A stretch of DNA of 64,000 bases from Candidatus Bathyarchaeia archaeon. Its GTDB lineage: Archaea > Thermoproteota > Bathyarchaeia > 40CM-2-53-6. The notes under the pieces are model-generated. The model had not been told where the DNA came from, ran no database searches, and saw nothing but the letters and a program-made list of their open reading frames with translations. Numbering within the stretch: position 1 is the first letter of the stretch; the number at the start of each line of letters is the position of its first letter. Location: assembly GCA_049513715.1 (NCBI GenBank), contig JBEKVV010000003.1:464359-528358 (forward strand), in the 5' to 3' direction. Both the position numbers and the translations under genes were made by a program. Below, in pieces: positions 58,518-64,000 of this stretch.

Positions 58518-59333
58518 TCAACAACACTGAAACAGGTAGTCAGGTAGCGCATCAATCGCCAGCATAGGATACCCCAACGTCTCGCGCGCAGCCCTTGCTA
58601 GACTCTCGTAGAGAGAGGGCACCAACAGGTCCCCATATCGATACACGATGCCTCCACGCTTAATCACGGCGTTGTACGCAATATCCTCATCCACGTATCG
58701 AGCAATAATAAAAGGCACCAATCCCAATTGTCGGGCAACTCTAACCTTCATGTTAACGTCATCTCGTGTGTCCCATTCATATCGAATCCAGTTTTTCACA
58801 TCCACGCCGTACAAAAGCCCGTCACGCTCAAAAACAAAATCGACGTTCGGAGGCTCTTTCCCTGACACTCCGTGGACCTTTCGCCCCGAGAACTCAGACA
58901 CATCTCTGCCGTGAAATTTGAACCCTAGAGAGAGAAACGCATGCTCGAAAAGATCCTCAGCATGCGCACCCGCTGGCGAAACCCCCGTAAGAACATTGGC
59001 AACTCCTTCCGAAACGTCCTTTTTCTTCTTGATCAGATCTTTTACAGAATCATAGTTAGTCCCACTCAACACATAGAACGAAACCACGTCCGTACCAACT
59101 ATCCGCCTCCTTCCAGGATATCCAACTTTCTCAACAACCTCATCATTAATCAAAACTCCAAGGGCGCGCCCAACGACCCATGGGAAAAAAGTCTTCTCCA
59201 GTCGTACTTTCAGCTCTCTGTCCGTCGCTACTGAAACTTCGCCAAGAATTTCCGAGATTCTTGGCATCGCCTCAGCAACTCTTGGATCCATCTCCTCATC
59301 TTCGCTGGGCTCCCACCCTTCCATCGAACCCAA
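58518..59333 (-). CDS. PD-(D/E)XK restriction-endonuclease-like protein with N-terminal winged-helix-like region
   Basis: G.HAE.LF, NVDFVF, GVDVKN. Confidence 0.6.
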   Translation of the reverse strand: MGSMEGWEPSEDEEMDPRVAEAMPRISEILGEVSVATDRELKVRLEKTFFPWVVGRALGVLINDEVVEKVGYPGRRRIVGTDVVSFYVLSGTNYDSVKDLIKKKKDVSEGVANVLTGVSPAGAHAEDLFEHAFLSLGFKFHGRDVSEFSGRKVHGVSGKEPPNVDFVFERDGLLYGVDVKNWIRYEWDTRDDVNMKVRVARQLGLVPFIIARYVDEDIAYNAVIKRGGIVYRYGDLLVPSLYESLARAARETLGYPMLAIDALPDYLFQCC

Positions 59334-59593
59334 ACCTCGCGAAAGAACCTATCCCGAAAAGCATGCCCTACCCATATCTGCGTTTGGTTAAAACTAGTGC
59401 GCAGCGCTAATCGTTAGTCTTTCGACGACGCTAACAACTGAGACAAAGCAACACCATATCACAGAATGAATATTCAGCATCTACACCCACGTGCTGCCCC
59501 GTGTTTATCAATAGTGCACTAAACCGCAAACACGAAACCACTGAATCACAAACAACAAAACACAACCCGTTCATTCGTTCGTTTTCGGGGGGC

Positions 59594-59626
59594 GGGTCTA
59601 ATGGTGCGAGCAGTCCAATTTGAACT
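59594..59626 (-). repeat. Island repeat family copy (inverted)
   Basis: Reverse complement reads AGTTCAAATTGGACTGCTCGCACCA-TTAGACCC. Confidence 0.85.
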
Positions 59627-59875
59627 CGACATAATCGGGTGCCGAGCTAAGGGTTCAGTGTAAGATACGTATCATAGAAGAACGAGAACATCTTGTCTGA
59701 AGAGAAAGGCTCCCCTCCCGACAATCATCCCGGCTTCGCGGAGCCAAGCACAACAGCTACTGGAGGTTCGAATCCGACCCACCACAAGAACGACGGAACC
59801 CCCCGTAGTAGGGGGGCGGTGCCAGTCGGCGAACATCCGCTCCAGAAGATCTACCACTCACCGAAAAACTTGTGG

Positions 59876-60010
59876 CTAGTTGTGTTTGGACAGGACTGTT
59901 CTTAGAGTGTTTAGAGAAATGTTGGCGCCGCTTACAATCACCACTACTTTCTCCCCCACTTTGAGCTTGGCCTTCTCAAGTAATGCTGCGATGGCGGCTG
60001 TTGCCAGGAT
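59876..60010 (-). pseudogene. C-terminal fragment of a PLP-dependent threonine/serine dehydratase
   Basis: ATAAIAALL...GEKVVVIVSGANI. Confidence 0.65.
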
Positions 60011-60017
60011 ACGAATC

Positions 60018-60318
60018 TCAAGCAGCGAGCTCGCCGTTGAGTTTAGCGCGGACTTTCGCATAGATGCGAAATCATTCTTTGGCCTTGACATTCTTTCGCA
60101 GGTAATGGAGCGTACTCCTGCTGATTCCTAGTTTTCCAGCTTCCGACTGAGTTATACCAAGAATCTTCTCTCTAACCACTCGATCATCAGTCGTCTCAAA
60201 AATAAGGTAAGGGAGCAGAGAAATCAGGGCTACGAGAGCTACCACTCAGGTATATCGCCAGTTCGCTCGTTTTTTCCTGAATTACCGTATGCCATTTCAG
60301 AATGCGACCCTTGTAGCT
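60018..60318 (-). pseudogene. cas1: 3' remnant of a solo Cas1 (casposase-like) gene with C-terminal HTH extension; one frameshift, one internal stop
   Basis: SYKGRILKWHTVIQEKTSELAIYLSGSSRSPDFSAPLP / IFETTDDRVVREKILGITQSEAGKLGISRSTLHYLRKNVKAKE*FRIYAKVRAKLNGELAA*. Confidence 0.75.
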
Positions 60319-60408
60319 ATGCAGCACTTTCACTCGTCTCACTGACTATTCAGTCTCTTCGCAAGAACACTCTCACGCTTACTAGATATGAAAGGTTGAG
60401 GAGACTTA

Positions 60409-60735
60409 TTGTTGGCCGTCGAATCAATCAAGGCCATCCCTATTCACCAGGTACGCGCATGGGCGAACCAGCTTGCTGGTGAAGCTCGTGACGCGGATTG
60501 GCTTCGTTATTCGTATGTTGTTCCTGATGTGCTGAACGATGTCGCTCAAGAACTGGAGGGGGGGTACCGCGGATTGATAGGGCTCGTGGGGCGACAAGGA
60601 GTAGGCAAGAGCAGCGCATTGATGGCGCTTATGAAAGGAATCCCATTCTCTCTGCGCCCACAAAACGCGAAGATTCTTTTCAAGTGGCGAAGGGAAAAGG
60701 AACTCTTCGCGACTCTTCTGAACAACACTTGCTAG
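60409..60735 (+). pseudogene. Truncated P-loop NTPase
   Basis: LIGLVGRQGVGKS Walker A, then stop before any Walker B. Confidence 0.6.
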
Positions 60736-60749
60736 TATCTTTCGGAAAC

Positions 60750-61364
60750 TCACAGGGCTTTCTTCAGGGCCCGTATGTTGAATGTTGTATTGGCGCAACC
60801 ATTCCTGATTAAAGGCACATTTTGACCTGGCAGCCCCGTCTTCTCTAACAGCCCTTCAGCTAGCTTGATCTCCTCGCCGCAGGCGACTCCCACAAGCGCC
60901 TCATAACGGCCTTTTTGCAGAATCTGATGGATACATGACCCACCCGGCAGAACATAAACATCGTACCCTTTCTCCTCCCCAGCCAGTGTCGCTTGGTTTA
61001 CCAAGCAGTCGGGTGAACAGTGAGAGCAGCCGTATGATGGAATGTTCGAATCGAAGACGGCTTTACACCGATTGTCCATATACTTCCTTGAGCAGTGAGG
61101 AAGCAGTAGCACTCGCCTGGAAGTTCTTACGAATCTTTCCCGGTTGTTGAAATTCTTAGTCTGGATATCTATCAAGTCCTCGAGGAGCATCAGAGCTTGA
61201 GCAAAATCCAACCCTGTGATCTCCTGAACTCTAAATCGTTCAAGAAGACGTAGAGTTGCCTCGCCAATTCTTCTGTGCAGCTTTCTCTTTTGGGCAGCCA
61301 GCGCAATTCCTGTGAAGAACGATTGAGATAGCCGTGTCAGGTCGAACTTGAATTGGTAAGGCAT
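60750..61364 (-). CDS. DUF116 family protein
   Basis: LLLPHC.R....C, C..C...C, LPGGS, VGVAC..E, VPL...GC. Confidence 0.85.
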   Translation of the reverse strand: MPYQFKFDLTRLSQSFFTGIALAAQKRKLHRRIGEATLRLLERFRVQEITGLDFAQALMLLEDLIDIQTKNFNNRERFVRTSRRVLLLPHCSRKYMDNRCKAVFDSNIPSYGCSHCSPDCLVNQATLAGEEKGYDVYVLPGGSCIHQILQKGRYEALVGVACGEEIKLAEGLLEKTGLPGQNVPLIRNGCANTTFNIRALKKAL

Positions 61365-61595
61365 GAGTCTCGTATTACCGCCAGGAGCAATAAGCTCAAA
61401 GGACGAGTCTTGGTTTTGGTACTTAATCAGAAGTGTGCGTTGTCCATTCTCTGGCGGACGTGTGTGTGGTACAGCTGGCGCGCACGCACACAAAAATAGG
61501 GACCCATGTGGACTGAGACACCGTGCCATCGAACAACTGTCAACTTCACCTTATTAGCGTCCGGTCACCACAGCGACATTGAATAGCTGATTTCT

Positions 61596-61832
61596 GTGGC
61601 TGAGAATTCGTCTTCACGCAATACACCCAAGTACCCTTTCTTTGATTTTATGCGAGGAATTCAACCGGTTAGGGAACACAAGGGGTGGCGCATCTTCCGA
61701 TTCAAGCAGGCCTATCATGCAGCTGAAGGATGGATCGACTTGTATGTTGGCTACAAGCCCGAACGCGTCCTAATTGATGGACTCGGCCTCAAGTCTGTAG
61801 TCTCAGACATTGACGAAGCTGAACAAGCATAG
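61596..61832 (+). CDS. Hypothetical protein
   Basis: 78-aa ORF, no motif. Confidence 0.4.
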   Translation: MAENSSSRNTPKYPFFDFMRGIQPVREHKGWRIFRFKQAYHAAEGWIDLYVGYKPERVLIDGLGLKSVVSDIDEAEQA

Positions 61833-62148
61833 TGCTCTCTTGGTCCCGTTATTCCGTGAGGGAAGTCGGGGCGCTATTGTATGACAGATCGGCTTAGCGA
61901 GGAACAGGAACGGGCTGCTGCGAAAAAGATGGACGAATTCTACGAAGTGTTGGGGTCAGCCGCCTGGACAGATCGGAAGGTTACTGGTTGAAATGCAGAG
62001 AGTGCGGAAAGGAATGGAAGCATACTGTGGAAATGACTCCACTCACCCATTGGGTACGCCCAAACAAGTGCAACTTGAGGGAACAACGAAAAACATTTAG
62101 GGCATAAACAAACGCAAGCGGTTCGTAATGTGACTGCTTGTGTTTTCG

Positions 62149-62286
62149 TGGTGCGCACAAAATAACGCCTGAAGTGACGGTTCAAATCGTTTTCCAACAG
62201 GCGATCTGGTCAGCAGTTTCCTGTGTGTGTGGTCTGGTGGTGCGTGCATCAGAATTTGAACTTTAGCTTTACTGTTTGCGCACCAT
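62149..62286. repeat. Island repeat family: partial forward copy (62149-62187) facing a full inverted copy (62221-62286)
   Basis: Reverse complement of 62221-62286 aligns with 52150-52216; 62149-62187 aligns with 55197-55236. Confidence 0.85.
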
Positions 62287-62322
62287 CGGTCAGGTTCGAT
62301 TTGCGAATTCTCGCTTAGGCGC

Positions 62323-62368
62323 TTATATGTACCGGTAAATTGGGGTCAAAATCCCCTGCCCCGCACCA
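62323..62368 (+). repeat. 40-bp direct repeat copy 1, ending in a tRNA 3'-end-like fragment
   Basis: TTATATGTACCGGTAAATT-GGGG-TCAAAAT-CCCC-TGCCCCGCACCA. Confidence 0.8.
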
Positions 62369-62465
62369 TTGAAAACGCTTTGAGGGTTGACTTTGATTTC
62401 CGTCTCTAACAAACTAAATAGTTGCGGGAACATTATAACGAATTTCTTGAGGAGGCGCTAAGGCT

Positions 62466-62708
62466 TTGGTGGTTGTCGTCGGCAAGAGAACTCCAATTTG
62501 GCCGATATTTGCAGTACTCATCATCGTGGTTCTGGTTGTCGTCGCAATTTTACTCTTCATACTCACGGGAGGAAGAGGAACACTGCTTGTCGTTGCGATT
62601 CCAGGATTTCCCGTAGAATCGATCATTCTGGGCTTAGGGCTCGGAGTCCTCTTGGTACTGCTGAGGAGGAAACCCGCCAGCAACAACAAAAAATCGGGCA
62701 CAGCCTAG
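62466..62708 (+). CDS. Tiny membrane protein ending in an IPGFP-type (PGF-CTERM-like) sorting signal
   Basis: TM helix then AIPGFPVESIILGLGLGVLLVLLRRK; GGAGG upstream. Confidence 0.6.
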   Translation: MVVVVGKRTPIWPIFAVLIIVVLVVVAILLFILTGGRGTLLVVAIPGFPVESIILGLGLGVLLVLLRRKPASNNKKSGTA

Positions 62709-62822
62709 CTAGGTTCACTCCGTGAACAGAGGCTTCCACCGATTCCACCTAACCACATTATCAACGAGACTGTTCGCTAAAGCAAAAAGTGCGTTCGACC
62801 AGTTCTCGGAAAGTGAGTTGAA

Positions 62823-63080
62823 TTGCTTGAAGGTGGAACTGTGAAGATCGTGGCCCTCGGAGACAGCCTGACGGTCGGAGAAACCGGATTCTCTGATTCT
62901 GAAGAATCCGCTTCGTACCCGAAGTATCTTGAGACCCTTGCCGAAGAACATCTGCGCAGTCTCCAATCGGACGTGAAGGTCAACGTTCTGAATAGAGGAA
63001 TTAACGGTGATCTGACCTCGGGTATGCTCGAAAGGTTCGATAATTGGTTGAGGGCACTTCTGGACCAACATACAAAGTAG
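62823..63080 (+). pseudogene. N-terminal fragment of an SGNH/GDSL hydrolase
   Basis: KIVALGDSLT, NRGINGD...ML.RF, then stop; GxND and DxxH blocks missing. Confidence 0.75.
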
Positions 63081-63139
63081 TTTCGCATTCTACTGCTAAC
63101 GGAATTAGTAGATCATCCACCTCGGCCTACACGAGCTCA

Positions 63140-63179
63140 TTATATGTACCGGTACATTGGGGCTGAAATTCCCTGCCCC
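63140..63179 (+). repeat. 40-bp direct repeat copy 2
   Basis: 35/40 identical to 62323-62362; contains perfect palindrome ATGTACCGGTACAT. Confidence 0.8.
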
Positions 63180-63233
63180 ATCTCTGAGGTCAAGCTCCGT
63201 GGGAAATCTAGACCGCCTTTCTTGCGGGGGGAA

Positions 63234-64000
63234 TCAGCTGTAGTCCATACTGCTTGTCTTTTTGCTTGCTGTTCGTACTCCTGTTTGACTGATGCGGTTG
63301 AGAATTGAGTGCATCTTCTGTTCTTTGCGAATGCTGCTCCAATAGTAGGCTTCGTCAACTGTGTCTTCAGCCATCAACACTGTGACCTTGCCGATTCTGG
63401 TTCTTCCGGTTCTCCCCCTTCGCTGAATGGTTCGTATTTCGGATGGCACTGCTTCATAGAAGATAACGTGGTCGACATCCGGCACATGTAGGCCTTCCTC
63501 GCCTATGCTTGTGGTTACGAGGATGTTGAACTTCCCCGATTTGAAGTCCTCCAACGTTTGCACTTGCTCCTTCTGTGATAGGCCTCGGCCTGAATCCTCG
63601 CTCGTTGCGTGGCCGACGAAGCGAACCGGGCGAGAGCCCCCCTCTTCCAGTTTCGTTACGATCAGCTCTACGGTGTCTCGATATTGCGTGAACACTATGA
63701 TGCGACTGGTTTGGTTCATCCTCAATTGTTCGATGATTAAGTTGGAGAGGAGGTTCAATTTCGGATGTGACGTGTGAATGTTATCGGTCAGCTGGATGGC
63801 TGTTTGAACTCGGGGGTCTTTCAGTAGGCTTTTGATGGTTCGTTTCGGGTTTTCTGACATGCGGGTAAAGTATTGCTTCAGATTCTGGATGTCTTGGGTT
63901 TCGAGGAGTTCTATGCCGTGGAGTAGGGAGATGGCTTGCGCTTGGAGTGTTAGGGCGGCGAAGATGTAACCCGAACGTCTCTTCCGAAGCCTTATGATTA
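63234..64000 (-). CDS. hef: Hef/FANCM-like SF2 helicase, C-terminal part (5' end outside window)
   Basis: HPKL, IVFTQYRDT, RFVG, GLSQKEQ, TSIGEEGL.VP.VD, FYEAVPSEIR.IQRRGRTGR. Confidence 0.88.
   Translation of the reverse strand, partial: IIRLRKRRSGYIFAALTLQAQAISLLHGIELLETQDIQNLKQYFTRMSENPKRTIKSLLKDPRVQTAIQLTDNIHTSHPKLNLLSNLIIEQLRMNQTSRIIVFTQYRDTVELIVTKLEEGGSRPVRFVGHATSEDSGRGLSQKEQVQTLEDFKSGKFNILVTTSIGEEGLHVPDVDHVIFYEAVPSEIRTIQRRGRTGRTRIGKVTVLMAEDTVDEAYYWSSIRKEQKMHSILNRISQTGVRTASKKTSSMDYS

Noticed and set aside
59761..59786. tRNA gene or split-integrase att site at GGTTCGAATCCGACCCACCACA
   Set aside because: T-stem pairs at only 2-3 positions, there is no D or anticodon arm, and the surrounding 70-aa ORF has no integrase motif.
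62342..62368. Complete tRNA gene
   Set aside because: Only T-arm, acceptor 3' strand and CCA are present; no matching 5' half upstream. Kept as an att-like fragment.
63234..63270. Hef truncated by the island
   Set aside because: The helicase motifs visible in the window are intact through motif VI, and helicase-only Hef forms without the nuclease domain exist in archaea; no evidence of disruption.

Overview
Archaeal DNA, most likely Bathyarchaeia/TACK. This is inferred from the eukaryote-like topoisomerase IB, Hef helicase, TFS paralog, group 4 hydrogenase and an IPGFP-type sorting signal; there is no rRNA to confirm it. Positions 1-52 kb are mostly housekeeping and metabolic genes: purL-Q-S-C and purH, archaeal Entner-Doudoroff gad/gdh, two ABC systems, an F420-dependent oxidoreductase, an 11-gene membrane-bound group 4 [NiFe]-hydrogenase cluster, top1B, a SelB-like protein and several Cys-rich microproteins below the ORF-track cutoff. 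Positions ~52-63.2 kb are an accessory island or graveyard of mobile-element debris. It starts at an Lrp/AsnC gene whose 3' 144 bp are duplicated 4 kb downstream with mostly synonymous changes. It contains a 7-repeat beta-propeller surface protein, a terminase fragment, a pentapeptide-repeat membrane protein, a PD-(D/E)XK nuclease and a disrupted casposase-like (solo Cas1) 3' fragment that the ORF track misses. It also carries a dispersed repeat family whose 25-nt core has the geometry of a tRNA 3' end (TTCAAAT-N12-ACCA), forward on the left and reverse on the right. No complete tRNA, rRNA or CRISPR array was found. All family assignments are by motif recognition from memory, not database searches.
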